Shown: positions 1 through 10,324, counted from the first letter of the stretch. The stretch is 23,240 nt of DNA from Promethearchaeota archaeon (GCA_019058015.1 JAHLWH010000083.1:1-23240), one strand, 5' to 3'. Numbers and translations are program-made. The notes: generated from the sequence alone by a model not told the origin.

Positions 1-94
1 ATTCTTTTTTATTTATATAGATTTAATTTCTAATTATTTTTAGAATAAATTCACTAATAAAATAAAATTTATGAAAATTGAAAATTGATTTAAT

Positions 95-1528
95 ATGAGT
101 GAAATTGATGAGTTCGAATTAACTGATATAAAGAGCGATAAAAAACGAGAAAAGAATTCAGATATTTCCAAAGAAGTTAGTGATAACTACATTTCATATA
201 AGGAATTTATGAAAACTGTTAAAAAAACGAGAATTTTACCTTCTTCTTATAAGAATTTTCCACATTTTGATGAGATATCCGCAGAAAAGCAAATAGAGGA
301 TATAAAAGTAGGGAAAAAAAAAGGACCGATTGATAATGAGCAAACTTTTGATATATACTCTGGAGATATTAGCGATGATAACGCTGAAGAGAGTAACAAA
401 CACGTTTCTTATGAGGAGTTTTTAAGAAGGGTTAAAAAAACTAGGATCACACCCCTTTCTTCAGAAGGTTTACCAAATTTTGGTGAAAGATCTCTTGAAC
501 AACCACTAAATGATACAAAAGCAGGTAAAAAGAAAGTTGAGATTGAAAATAAGCAGGCTTTTGATATGTATTCTGGAGATATTGATGTAGATAAGGCTGA
601 AGGGAGGAACAAACACGTTTCTTATGAAGAGTTTTTGAGAAGAGTTAAAAAAACAAGAGTCACACCTCTCTCTACAGAGGGTTTACCAAATTTTGAAATG
701 AAACCTCAAGAACAAATCATAAAAGATGGTATTGAAGTTAAGAAGAAAATTGAGAACGATGATGAAAAAATATTGGTCTTTAAATCAAAAAAAGAGGAAA
801 AAAATTCAGAAACAATTGAGAATATATCAAAAAAAATTGAAAATAAAACAAAAAAAGAGTCTATTAAGAAGAGTGATGAAAAGGTAAAAGAGGAAAAATC
901 AAAAGTAGAAGAGGAGAAGAAAAAAGAGATTAAAAAATCTAAAGAAGAGACATTGGAAGAAAAGCAAAGATCCAAAGAAATTAACGGAGAAAAAGAAAAA
1001 TCAGAAGAAGAAATAAAATCAGAATCCTCTTTAGTGAATGATGAGAAAAAAGAATTACCTTCAGAAAAGCAAAAATCTCAAGATATCAAAAGAGAAGGAG
1101 AAAAAACGGATCAAAAGCAAGAGAAGAAGAAAGAAGAGAACTGGAATGAGATATTAAGAAAAAAGACCAGAGAGGAGAGAGAGGAGCAGATTTGGAACGA
1201 TCCAGAAAAAGAAGGAATACACAGTGATATGTTGAAATTAAATAATGAATCCAACGATATAGAATCTATAAGAACAAAAATTAAAAAAGTGGAGCCTTTA
1301 AAGGAGAGTATAAAAGAAGAACAAAACCTAGAAGATTTAAGAAAGGGTTTAAAAGGGGGTTTAGAAGAGGATATAAGTAGGACCAAGGGAGAGGGGGATT
1401 TTAAAAATTTAAAAATACCAAAAGATCTCTTTTATAAAGGAAAAAATGGTTATAACTGCAAGGATGAAAATTTGTTAAAGAAAATATATGAGACACAAAA
1501 ATCATTTACTAAAACTGATTATACCTAA
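95..1528 (+). CDS. Lys/Glu-rich tandem-repeat protein, copy A (unknown function)
   Basis: Long ATG ORF of 477 aa. It holds three 71-aa units (xSYEEFLRRVKKTRxTPLSxEGLPNF...FDMYSGDI...), followed by a K/E-rich low-complexity, coiled-coil-like region. A clear paralog lies at 11547..12888 on the minus strand. No recognised family. Confidence 0.6.
   Translation: MSEIDEFELTDIKSDKKREKNSDISKEVSDNYISYKEFMKTVKKTRILPSSYKNFPHFDEISAEKQIEDIKVGKKKGPIDNEQTFDIYSGDISDDNAEESNKHVSYEEFLRRVKKTRITPLSSEGLPNFGERSLEQPLNDTKAGKKKVEIENKQAFDMYSGDIDVDKAEGRNKHVSYEEFLRRVKKTRVTPLSTEGLPNFEMKPQEQIIKDGIEVKKKIENDDEKILVFKSKKEEKNSETIENISKKIENKTKKESIKKSDEKVKEEKSKVEEEKKKEIKKSKEETLEEKQRSKEINGEKEKSEEEIKSESSLVNDEKKELPSEKQKSQDIKREGEKTDQKQEKKKEENWNEILRKKTREEREEQIWNDPEKEGIHSDMLKLNNESNDIESIRTKIKKVEPLKESIKEEQNLEDLRKGLKGGLEEDISRTKGEGDFKNLKIPKDLFYKGKNGYNCKDENLLKKIYETQKSFTKTDYT
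191..790 (+). repeat. In-frame tandem repeat, 213-bp period, about 2.8 units (191-403, 404-616, 617-~790)
   Basis: DNA-level similarity is visible, for example cacgtttcttatgaggagttttt at 401 versus cacgtttcttatgaagagttttt at 613. It encodes the 71-aa protein repeat. Confidence 0.8.
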
Positions 1529-2972
1529 AAAATCAAGATTGTGAAAATATTCCAAATAGTTCTACGATACAACGATTAGCTCAAAAGTCATTTAAATCTA
1601 AATTAGAATATAATACTTGGAGACATGATATTAAATTAAGAGAAGTTCAAGAGATCGCCAAGGAGAGAGGTGGGGAATGTCTCTCTACTGAATATAAAAA
1701 GAGTCTTACCAAATTAAGATTTCAATGTAAGAATGGACATGAATTTGAAGCTACACCAAATGCTGTGAAAAATAAGGACCATTGGTGCCCTACATGTTCG
1801 GGAGTTAAAAAATTAACTTTAGAAGAATTTCAAGAGAGAGCCAAAGAGAGAGGTGGGGATTGTCTCTCTACTGAATATAAAAATAATTACACAAAATTAA
1901 GATTTCGATGTAAAAACCGACAGGAATTTGAAGCTACACCAATTGCTGTGAAGAATAAGAACAATTGGTGTCCTAATTGCACAAGAAATAAAAAATTAAC
2001 GCTTAAAAAGTTTCAAGATATAGCAAAAGAGAGAGGAGGGGAATGTTTATCTACTGAATATAAAAATATTGGCATAAAATTAAGATTTCAATGCAAGAAT
2101 GGACACGAATTTGAAGCTACACCAAATGCTGTGAAGAATAAAGACTCTTGGTGCCCTACATGTGCGGGAGTTAAAAAATTAACTCTTGCAGAAGTTCAAG
2201 AGACCGCCAAGAAGAGAGGTGGAGAATGTCTCTCTTCCGAATATATAGATAGTAAAAGTAAATTGAAATTTCGATGTAAAAACGGGCATGAATTCGAAGC
2301 TATTCCGAATGATGTTAGATCCAAGCATTCTTGGTGTCCTATTTGCGCAGGAAATAAAAGATTAACGCTTAAAGAGTTTCAAGATATAGCAAAAGAGAGG
2401 AGAGGGGAATGTTTATCTACTGAATATAAAAATATTATCACAAAATTAAGATTTCGATGCATGAATGGACATGAATTTGAAGCTATTCCGAATGATGTAA
2501 AATTTAAGGACTCTTGGTGTCCCATTTGCTCTGAAAGAGCCGGTGAGAGAGTTTGTCGAGGTCTTTTCGAAGGTATATTTAATAAGGATTTTGAAAAAGC
2601 TAGACCTGAATGGTTAAAAATAGTGCAGGTCATCAATTGGAGTTAGATGGATATAACGACGAATTGAAGCTTGCTTTTGAGCGCCAGGGAGAACAACATT
2701 ATGAATGGCCTAACTATTTCCACAAGACCGTAAAAGATTTTATATCACAATTGTCTAATGATCAACAAAAGGAAGAACTGTGCGAGACGCATGGAGTAAC
2801 CTTAATTGAGGTTCCTTATCGGATAAAATTTGAAGAATATCAAGATTATATCATTAAACAGTGCAAAAAGAGAGGAATAAATGTCCCTCAAATGAAAAAT
2901 AAAATAGATTGGAAAAAATTTAAGTGGGATACCAACGATGATAGCAATAGATCATTAAAGGAATGGATTTAA
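1519..2972 (+). pseudogene. Tandem zinc-ribbon (5x) protein with a C-terminal PD-(D/E)XK-like endonuclease domain; frameshifted, with no start codon for the first unit
   Basis: Five 60-aa units match KLTLxEFQxxAKERGGECLSTEYKNxxxKLRFxCKNGHEFEAxPNxVKxKxxWCPxC. The C-terminal segment ...ARPEWLK/NSAGHQLELDGYNDELKLAFERQGEQHY...LIEVPY is split between ORFs 1765..2646 and 2610..2972 at an A5 run (2616-2620). The frame is open from 1519 but has no ATG, GTG or TTG before GTG 1765, although the first repeat unit starts at about 1633. Confidence 0.6.
1633..2535 (+). repeat. Tandem 180-bp coding repeat x5 (zinc-ribbon units)
   Basis: Near-identical blocks such as gccaaagagagaggtgggga(a/t)tgtctctctactgaatataaaaa recur every 180 bp. 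Confidence 0.85.
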
Positions 2973-3157
2973 AAATTCGATTAATTTTAAAATTTATTGA
3001 AAATAATATAAAATTTTTTTATTTCTTATTTGCTTCATTATTTTTAAATCTCTTAAATAATATTAAAAAAAATCTATATAGATTAATAAAAATTAAAAAT
3101 AATTAAAAACCCAAATTTAGATTATCTTATTATAAAAAAGAAATGTGATTTAAATTT

Positions 3158-3691
3158 ATGCCTGGAAAAGAAAAAGCAGTTATAGAGATATCAAAAGAAG
3201 TATTTAAAGAGCCATTAGAAGTAATAAAGCAAATGACTAAAAATTTTGATAGCATAACGTTTACGAAAGTTATTCAAACCTATGTTATAGAAAATCAAAA
3301 TATAAATTTAGCATTAGAACGAAATGGTAATATTTTCGCAAAGGGAAAACTTGTGTGGTTGGGAAACCGAAAAGATTCCAGTGAGGGTAGCATATTTTGT
3401 TTTGATACAGGGAGTCAGATGAGAACAATTACTCCATCACCTGATAATACAGAAAAGGTAATTTTAGATCCAAGAAAAGATTTAATAAAAATTTCAACTA
3501 TATCCAGGATTAAATGCCCAATTTGTGAGAAAAGTATAGAAATTTTCGATGAGCAGGTAATTTGCCCAATTTGTGGTGCAAAGGCTCATAAAAATCATTT
3601 CTTCGAATGGGTAAAGATGAAAAAATCCTGTCCAGTTTGTAAAAAAGCACTAGAAATATCTGAAGATGACCAGATTTATATAACAGAATAA
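3158..3691 (+). CDS. RING-like (C4H2C2 cross-brace-like) zinc-finger protein, N-terminal domain unknown
   Basis: The C-terminus is CPICx12CPICx4HxxHx10CPVC, eight Cys/His ligands with RING-like spacing. The ORF is 177 aa with an ATG start. Confidence 0.5.
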   Translation: MPGKEKAVIEISKEVFKEPLEVIKQMTKNFDSITFTKVIQTYVIENQNINLALERNGNIFAKGKLVWLGNRKDSSEGSIFCFDTGSQMRTITPSPDNTEKVILDPRKDLIKISTISRIKCPICEKSIEIFDEQVICPICGAKAHKNHFFEWVKMKKSCPVCKKALEISEDDQIYITE

Positions 3692-4447
3692 TTATATAAT
3701 CGACCTAAGAGAAGATAACATATAATTTTTAATTTGTTGAGGTTTAATTAATCCTTCATGAATTGCCGTAGCAAGCAAGACTCCTGAAAAATTATGTTTT
3801 TCAATTTTAAGAATGTCATTAAAATCTTTAATACCGCCTCCTATTAAAAGAGATATTTCTGTGTTATTACGGATTTCGATAAATTCTCTAGGGATATTTC
3901 CTGTTTTTTTACCCACTCTTGATAAATCTAAAAGAATAACTTCTAAAACTCCTAATTTTTGAATTTGCTTAATAAATTGAAAAGGGCTAAAATTTTTGAT
4001 TTCTTGACTCTGGGTTAAAAGTAGATTATTTTTAAGATCAATACTTACAATAATATCTCTCTGCTTGAATATATCAAGAGCAATTTCAATAATTTTCATA
4101 CATAGAATTGTTTCCGTTCCAAGAATTAACTTATTTATTCCTAATTCATAGAATTTCCAAAGGTCTTCCTCAGATTTTATTCCAGGATCTAATAATATAT
4201 CTACATCAAAAGTATTAATGATATTTTTTATTATATCAAGATTCGGAGTATTTTTAAGTATAGAATCCAAATCTGCAATGTAGATCTCAGACACTGATAA
4301 TTTTTCAATATATGCTTCAATTAATTTAATGGGATCTGAAGAATCCTTTATTAAAACTGATAATAATGGAACATAAGTTTCTCTTTTACCAGCAACGGCA
4401 TGTATAACCATTGAATTTAGGAGATCAATGACCGGTATAATTCTCAT
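3692..4447 (-). CDS. HisA/HisF-family (beta/alpha)8-barrel protein
   Basis: N-terminus is MRIIPVIDL...G. Also present are IYIADLDSI, LILGTET, IVSIDLK, LLDLSRVGKKTGN and LIGGGIKDFNDI, which are typical HisA/HisF-like phosphate-binding barrel motifs. Confidence 0.75.
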   Translation of the reverse strand: MRIIPVIDLLNSMVIHAVAGKRETYVPLLSVLIKDSSDPIKLIEAYIEKLSVSEIYIADLDSILKNTPNLDIIKNIINTFDVDILLDPGIKSEEDLWKFYELGINKLILGTETILCMKIIEIALDIFKQRDIIVSIDLKNNLLLTQSQEIKNFSPFQFIKQIQKLGVLEVILLDLSRVGKKTGNIPREFIEIRNNTEISLLIGGGIKDFNDILKIEKHNFSGVLLATAIHEGLIKPQQIKNYMLSSLRSII

Positions 4448-4705
4448 TAGGAAATAAAAATCTCTTTTTTATTTAAAAATATCAATAATGAGAAATTAAT
4501 AAAATCATAGTAAAAAAAAATTGTCACGCTTTTTTTTAAAAATTTAAAAAAAAAATTTCAACTTGTTTTTTTACTTATTATGATGATAATAATAAATTAT
4601 TAATTTGCAGAAGTAATATCTTTTAAAAGATTTGTAATAATGAAATTTTATAAAAACCATACATTTTGTAAATGAAAATAATAATCAAAAGGATATTAAA
4701 GAGAT

Positions 4706-6427
4706 ATGAGCGAAAACGAAGAATACATAAATAAAATTATCCAAAAAACGGGTTTAAGTAAGAAAGAAATACAAAAACGAATGGAAGAGAAAAAATTAGC
4801 CCTAAAAGGTTTAATTTCTGATGAAGGAGCTCTTTTTATTGTTGCCAAGGAATTGGGGGTGGAGATACAAAATAAAAATAAAATCACTTCAGAGAAAATC
4901 GAAATAAATATCAGTGATATTTCGTTAAATATGAAAAATCTTTCATTGATCGGAAGAATAAGAGAAACTAATCCAGTAAATAATTTTACAAGAAAGGATG
5001 GAACTTTAGGCTTGGTTGGTTCTTTTTTACTTCATGACTCAACCGGAGATATACGTATTGTTCTTTGGGATGAGAAAACAAAAATAATAGAAAATGATTA
5101 TTTTCAGAAAAATGAATTAGTAAAAATTATTAATGCTAACGTTAGAATGGGAAGATATAATGAAAAAGAAGTCCATGTAGGTAGAAATGGGAGAATTATT
5201 CTATCTCCTGATGATGTTGATTATAAGAAATATCCAGAAATTAAAGAACAATTAATTTCTATTAAAGATATTAATTTAAATTTAAGATCAATTACTATCT
5301 CTGGAGAAATCTCGCAAATATATCCAAAACATGAATTTAAGAGGACTGATGGTGAAATAGGAAAAGTTCGTTCTCTAGTTATTGGTGATTCTACAGGCAT
5401 AATAACAGTTACTTTTTGGAATCAAGATGTGGAGAAATTATCTGAATATAATTTGGGAGATTTTGTTAATATTTCAAATTTATATCCTAAACAAAATAAT
5501 AGAAATCCAGAAAAAATTGATTTATATTTTGGAAAAACTTCACAAATAAAAAAAGAAAAAACCAAAAAAAAGGAGCAACAACTCTTAAAAATTGAACTGC
5601 TCCAAAAACATCAAGGTTTTGTCAATTTTCAAGGAATTATTACACAAATCGATAATCTTAAAAAAGTCAAATTAAAAAATAATGAAGAAATTTCCCTTTT
5701 AAATTTTATCGTGAGTGATGATACTGACGCAATTAGAGTATCATTATGGAAAGATGCAGCAGAAAGATTTTCAGATATTCTTAAATTGGGTGATGGTATA
5801 TCATTAAAAAATGTCTTAGTTAAATTTAATTCATTTTCTTCAAGAAATGAGGTTTCATTTACAACAACATCAGAAATTGATAAAATCGATTTAGAAATTC
5901 AAGACATTAAAAATATCTCCCAAGATTATTCAACTCAAGGAACAGATAAAACTAAATTTTCGGGAAAATATACAAAAATTTCAGAAATAAATTCTTCTGG
6001 GAGATTCGAAGTAAAGGGCTTTATTGCAAAAGAAATTTCTAATATTACCGTTTATAATTCTTGTCCTGATTGTTTCAAAAAAGTTGAGAATTGCACATGT
6101 GATATAAAAAAAGATTTTATTCCTAGAATGATTTTGAATTTAATATTAGATGATGAATCCGGGACAATAAGAGGGAGTTTTATTGGAGATCTGGCAGAAA
6201 AAATTCTAGGAGTGAAAACATCTGATTTAGTTTTTATAAAAGAGACTCCTGAGTTTGAAGATTATTTAAAAAAAATCTCTGAAAAATTATTAGGTAAAGA
6301 AATTATTATCAAAGGTAAATGCAAGTTTAATGATTTTAGTAATAATTATGAAATAAACGTATATGATTTTAAAGAAGTAGATCCAATACTTGAATTGAAA
6401 CATATCGTTAAAGAAATTGAAAGTTAA
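4706..6427 (+). CDS. rpa: Replication protein A-like ssDNA-binding protein with multiple OB folds and a zinc motif
   Basis: 573 aa. Repeated OB-fold-like segments are present (GRIxxxxxxxxFxRxDGxxGxVxSxxxxDxTGxIRVxxW). A CPDCxKKVENCTC zinc motif lies in the last OB region. The N-terminal helical segment resembles archaeal RFA/RPA. Confidence 0.8.
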   Translation: MSENEEYINKIIQKTGLSKKEIQKRMEEKKLALKGLISDEGALFIVAKELGVEIQNKNKITSEKIEINISDISLNMKNLSLIGRIRETNPVNNFTRKDGTLGLVGSFLLHDSTGDIRIVLWDEKTKIIENDYFQKNELVKIINANVRMGRYNEKEVHVGRNGRIILSPDDVDYKKYPEIKEQLISIKDINLNLRSITISGEISQIYPKHEFKRTDGEIGKVRSLVIGDSTGIITVTFWNQDVEKLSEYNLGDFVNISNLYPKQNNRNPEKIDLYFGKTSQIKKEKTKKKEQQLLKIELLQKHQGFVNFQGIITQIDNLKKVKLKNNEEISLLNFIVSDDTDAIRVSLWKDAAERFSDILKLGDGISLKNVLVKFNSFSSRNEVSFTTTSEIDKIDLEIQDIKNISQDYSTQGTDKTKFSGKYTKISEINSSGRFEVKGFIAKEISNITVYNSCPDCFKKVENCTCDIKKDFIPRMILNLILDDESGTIRGSFIGDLAEKILGVKTSDLVFIKETPEFEDYLKKISEKLLGKEIIIKGKCKFNDFSNNYEINVYDFKEVDPILELKHIVKEIES

Positions 6428-6570
6428 TTCAATAGTCTATATTTTAATTCATTATTTGGATTTTTTTTTTTCCACAAATAATATAAATGAAAACATAATT
6501 AGATTAAAATAAAACCCTAATTAAGCTAATCAATTTAATTGTGATTCAATAGTTCATTAAATTGAATAAT

Positions 6571-7512
6571 ATGCCAAATTCGCCAGAAATATTAGGATTA
6601 GGAGAAATTGTAGTAGATTGGGTATCCCAAATTCCTCATTTTCCTAAGCCAGACGAGAAAATTGATTCTTTTCACCAAGAGATATTTGGTGGTGGAGTAA
6701 CGGCAAACTTTTTAGTTGCTACAACAAGATTAGGTGTATTTTCTGGATTTATTGGTGCTGTAGGACAAGATGAGAATGGTGAGTTTTTAATTAAAGATCT
6801 TAAAAATGAAGGTGTAGATACAAAATATACTTATAAAAAGGGAGATCTTAAAACACCAGTTAATTTCATCATAGTAGCGTCAAATAGTGGAGAGAAAATG
6901 ATAATTCAATCTCCTTATATGCAATATTCTCTCTCAATAAAGGATCTAGATAATGATTATATAGCTTCCTCAAAATTATTACATACTACAGCAATTCATC
7001 ATGAATTGACGGAGGAAGCAATCAAAATTGCAAAGAAAAACGACGTTAAGGTTTCTCTTGATCTTGAAACACAAATTGCTATAAGGGGATGGAATAAATT
7101 AAAAAAAATAATTCAAAATGTAGATGTTTTATTACCTAATAAAGAAGGGGCAATGTCAATAACTAATACAAATTCCCCTAAGGAAGCTGCGAGTTTTCTT
7201 ACAAAAAAAGGAATACCTCTCGTGATAATTACTCTTGGGAGTCAAGGTGTATTAATTTCCACAGAGAATTTTCAAAAAGTAATTTCATCCTACAACATAG
7301 ATAAAGTAGTAGATACTACTGGTGCTGGTGATACTTTTATTGGCGCATTTTCAGTTGCTTATTGGATTAAGGGATGGGATTTGGTTAAAGCATGTAAATA
7401 TGCAAATGCAGCAGCGGGAATTAAAATTGGTAAGCTTGGTGCTCGAACAGGTATGCCAACACATAAAGAAATTTTAGCTTTTTTAGAAGAGAGGAATGAG
7501 AATTTATTTTAA
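6571..7512 (+). CDS. PfkB/ribokinase-family carbohydrate kinase
   Basis: Contains GLGEIVVDWV, GGGVTANF and the C-terminal DTTGAGDTFIGAF signature. ATG 6571 is preferred over the upstream TTG 6562 used in the ORF track. Confidence 0.85.
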   Translation: MPNSPEILGLGEIVVDWVSQIPHFPKPDEKIDSFHQEIFGGGVTANFLVATTRLGVFSGFIGAVGQDENGEFLIKDLKNEGVDTKYTYKKGDLKTPVNFIIVASNSGEKMIIQSPYMQYSLSIKDLDNDYIASSKLLHTTAIHHELTEEAIKIAKKNDVKVSLDLETQIAIRGWNKLKKIIQNVDVLLPNKEGAMSITNTNSPKEAASFLTKKGIPLVIITLGSQGVLISTENFQKVISSYNIDKVVDTTGAGDTFIGAFSVAYWIKGWDLVKACKYANAAAGIKIGKLGARTGMPTHKEILAFLEERNENLF

Positions 7513-7517
7513 AAAAA

Positions 7518-8207
7518 ATGGTGAAAAAAATGGATTTTATTCAGAAAAGGTATGAATTAGTTGAAAGATTAAAAAAAGGAAGGTATTTAAATAAGAAATC
7601 GGTAATAAACGCGATGTTAAATGTTCCTCGAGAATTATTTCTTTCAGAGGATAATAAAAAAATGGCTTATATTGATACCCCCTTAACAATTGGTTATGGG
7701 CAAACAATAAGTGCCCCCCATATGAATGCTATGATGTGTGAATATTTGGATCTAAAAGAAGGAGACAATTTACTTGAAATTGGAACTGGTTCTGGATATC
7801 ATGCAGCGTTATGTGCTTATATCATAGCTCCTGAACATTCAAAAAACCCAGGTCATGTATATACAGTTGAGAGAATTAAAGAACTGGCTAATAATGCTAG
7901 AAAAAATATTGAAAAAGGAGGGTTTAGTAAAAGAATTGATGTTATACATTCCGATGGAACCTTAGGATATGAAAAAGAAGCACCCTATGATAGAATTCTT
8001 GTAACAGCCGCTTCACCACTTCCAATACCAGAACCGTTAAAAGTTCAATTAAAAGTCGGAGGAATTATGTGTATCCCTGCGGGATCAAAGAATTTCTCCC
8101 AAGATTTGTATTTATATACCAAAATAAAGGAAGATAAATTTAAGGTCGACAAGGTATGTAGTGTTCGTTTCGTACCACTGCTAGGACGTTATTCGTTTTC
8201 TGAGTAG
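7518..8207 (+). CDS. pcm: Protein-L-isoaspartate O-methyltransferase
   Basis: Contains GQTISAPHM, LEIGTGSGY (SAM-binding motif I) and YDRILVTAA. Family-typical length of 229 aa. Confidence 0.9.
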   Translation: MVKKMDFIQKRYELVERLKKGRYLNKKSVINAMLNVPRELFLSEDNKKMAYIDTPLTIGYGQTISAPHMNAMMCEYLDLKEGDNLLEIGTGSGYHAALCAYIIAPEHSKNPGHVYTVERIKELANNARKNIEKGGFSKRIDVIHSDGTLGYEKEAPYDRILVTAASPLPIPEPLKVQLKVGGIMCIPAGSKNFSQDLYLYTKIKEDKFKVDKVCSVRFVPLLGRYSFSE

Positions 8208-8389
8208 TTTCTTTATGAATTTTAGGATATCTCTCTATTATTTAATGCTATACGAGTCTCAAGTAATTTCGCCGAGGCACTTTTTTAGTTATTTTCATTT
8301 ATTAAAATATCATTTAATTTTTTCATCAAAGGTTCTGGCTCAAATACCCACGTTTTTGAGTCATTAATAATGACGCATTTTATTTTATC

Positions 8390-8617
8390 ATGCCTTTAAC
8401 TCCTGAATGGACTAATTTAACTCAAATAGAGCAAATGATATTGTTATCGATTGGAATTTTTTCAATGGCAGGTTTTTTTTCATTCATTTATGGAACAATA
8501 TTAATTACAGGACAAAGCTTCTACAACAGACATAAAGGTATAAAGATAATTGTTATAAGTGTAATTATTCTCTTCATTTTAGGAGTTTCTCCTGGAATTT
8601 CATTGTTGATTATTTAA
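8390..8617 (+). CDS. Small hypothetical membrane protein (2 predicted TM helices)
   Basis: 75-aa ORF with two hydrophobic stretches and no recognisable family. Coding status is uncertain. Confidence 0.3.
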   Translation: MPLTPEWTNLTQIEQMILLSIGIFSMAGFFSFIYGTILITGQSFYNRHKGIKIIVISVIILFILGVSPGISLLII

Positions 8618-8708
8618 TCTTCTGTTTTTTTTCCATTACTAGGTGCTAAGGGCTTCTCACAGTAATCTCCTAAATTCCTTTATGCGTTAAATCTTAACTC
8701 CTTAAAGT

Positions 8709-9179
8709 TCAATTGATTAAAGTTATATTTATGAAATCATCTGGATTATTAATCATATGATTTATTTCAGAGAGTAATTGATTTAAATCAAAGCTCTTTT
8801 TTAAATTGAATTCAATTGGCCAAATTCCAATAATAACATCTCCAATTGATTTTACATTCCCTATTAGTATTCCCTTTCTCATGCTATTTGATTTCAACGT
8901 ATAGAGAAGAATATAATAATAAGGGCAATTACTGAATTGAAAGTCTTTTCCTAATTGGAGAACTTCCTTAATATTTTGAAAAAAGAAAATGTTTTCTCTC
9001 TTTATTGTTAATTCTTTTATTTTATTGATAAAGGCTGGCTCAATCTTTACTGGTTCTTTTAAAGATAACACTTCAAAAGTTAAATTTAAAATATTTTCCT
9101 CTGAATCTAAAAATCCTTTAAATAGAACTTTATAAAACTTTCTATCATCATCTTTTTTTATATTTTTGTTTGACAACAT
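8709..9179 (-). CDS. Hypothetical protein
   Basis: 156-aa ORF immediately downstream of SUI1 on the same strand, overlapping it by 32 nt. No recognised motifs. Confidence 0.45.
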   Translation of the reverse strand: MLSNKNIKKDDDRKFYKVLFKGFLDSEENILNLTFEVLSLKEPVKIEPAFINKIKELTIKRENIFFFQNIKEVLQLGKDFQFSNCPYYYILLYTLKSNSMRKGILIGNVKSIGDVIIGIWPIEFNLKKSFDLNQLLSEINHMINNPDDFINITLIN

Positions 9180-9507
9180 TCCGAATTTCTATATTTTCTT
9201 CTGGAAAACCATTATCTATTAAAAATTTTTTTATTTTAAGTCGATGATCACCTTGGAGTTCTATTGTTTTGTTTTTAACTGTTCCACCGGAAGCACAAAA
9301 CTTTTTTGCCTTTTTTGAGAAATCATTTAAATTTATATCAATATTTCCTAGAAAAGAAACAACAGTAACCCATCGACCCCATTTCCTTCTTTCAGTATAA
9401 ATATCAACACGTTGTTCCTCTTGACCTAACGATTCACAAATACATAAATCCTTAGGAAAAGAGCATTTTGGGCAGATATTTTGGTCATTAGGTATTTTTC
9501 TATACAC
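9148..9507 (-). CDS. sui1: Translation initiation factor aSUI1/eIF1 homolog
   Basis: N-terminal CPKCx7CIC zinc knuckle. SUI1 core is ...RVDIYTERRKWGRWVTVVSFL...FCASGGTVKNKTIELQGDHRLKIKKFLIDNGF. Confidence 0.9.
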   Translation of the reverse strand: MYRKIPNDQNICPKCSFPKDLCICESLGQEEQRVDIYTERRKWGRWVTVVSFLGNIDINLNDFSKKAKKFCASGGTVKNKTIELQGDHRLKIKKFLIDNGFPEENIEIRNVVKQKYKKR

Positions 9508-9684
9508 TACCTTACTTTTTTTAAAAAGGTACTTTAAAATATAATTATTATTAGAATTAAATCTTATAAAAATCTTTCACTCCAAATTAAGGATCTATTT
9601 ATATGATGTCAAGTAAAAATAAATAAAATAAAATAAGTATAATTTTTTTAAATTTATATAAAAAATTGATAAAAGTGATATTAA

Positions 9685-10212
9685 ATGTCAAGTTCATGGA
9701 TATTTAAAGTAATAGTAGCTGGTGCTGGTGGTGTGGGAAAAACAGCACTGGTTACAAGATATTGTACTGGAAAATTTATAGAAGATCATAAGATGACAAT
9801 CGGGGCTGCATTTTATACTAAAGAAGAGAAATTAGATACAGGCGAACAATGCAAAATGCAACTCTGGGATTTTGCAGGAGAGGAAAGATTTAGAAGTTTA
9901 TTATCTGATTATTGCAAGGGAGCAAGTGGTGCTTTTATTTGTTTTGATGTCACTGATTATGATACATTTAGGCAGCTACCTGAATGGCTAACAATCATTA
10001 GAAAAACCGCGGGTTTTATTCCAATTATTTTACTAGGAATGAAATGGGATCTACCTAATCATGAAATTGATATTGAAACTGCTCAAAAATACGCTGAACA
10101 AGCCAAATGTAATCAATCTGTTTTTACTTCCTCAAAGATGGAATTAAATATTAATGAATCATTTCAAGCGATGGCAAAATGGTTGATTTACTATGCCTCT
10201 CTTGAAAAATAA
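9685..10212 (+). CDS. Rab/Ras-like small GTPase
   Basis: G1 is GAGGVGKT. Switch I is TIGAAFYTK. G3 is WDFAGEERFRSL. G4 is GMKWD and G5 is SSK. Overall layout is Rab-like, 175 aa. Confidence 0.85.
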   Translation: MSSSWIFKVIVAGAGGVGKTALVTRYCTGKFIEDHKMTIGAAFYTKEEKLDTGEQCKMQLWDFAGEERFRSLLSDYCKGASGAFICFDVTDYDTFRQLPEWLTIIRKTAGFIPIILLGMKWDLPNHEIDIETAQKYAEQAKCNQSVFTSSKMELNINESFQAMAKWLIYYASLEK

Positions 10213-10324
10213 TTCAAGTCTTATCTATTCATCTCTAAAACTAGGAAAATAAGAATTAACTTGTAAAAATAAAATTTTAAAATCAAAGAGATATTAAAAA
10301 GATCATTAAAATTAAAAAAAGATT

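Noticed and set aside
409-1386. Antisense ORFs 409..612, 706..975 and 1111..1386 (Phe/Ser/Leu-rich)
   Set aside because: They are the reverse complement of the Lys/Glu-rich coding strand (AAA/GAA codons read as TTT/TTC). Their low-complexity composition is typical of shadow ORFs.
1516-1540. Programmed -1 frameshift joining ORF 95..1528 to the zinc-ribbon frame
   Set aside because: No X XXY YYZ slippery heptamer lies in the correct phase around acc taa aaa atc, and no obvious downstream structure is present. Gene decay is the simpler explanation, though fusion is not excluded.
1633-2535. Possible CRISPR array or non-coding tandem repeat
   Set aside because: The period is 180 bp and in frame, with conserved Cys/His zinc-ribbon residues. 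There is no short repeat/unique spacer structure. No CRISPR array is present anywhere in the window.
2973-3157. TATA-box/BRE promoter calls in the intergenic regions (also 4448-4705, 9508-9684, 16832-17268, 20020-20294)
   Set aside because: TATA-like strings occur almost everywhere in these spacers, so individual promoters cannot be supported from sequence alone.
4575-4640. C/D-box sRNA candidates (ATGATGA at about 4578 and about 20056)
   Set aside because: No properly spaced D box (CTGA) or terminal stem is present. ATGATGA is expected by chance in this AT-rich DNA.
8360-8374. 15-bp palindrome GTCATTA-A-TAATGAC upstream of small ORF 8390
   Set aside because: It is short and AT-rich, occurs once, and the downstream ORF is itself doubtful. 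This is insufficient to call an operator.
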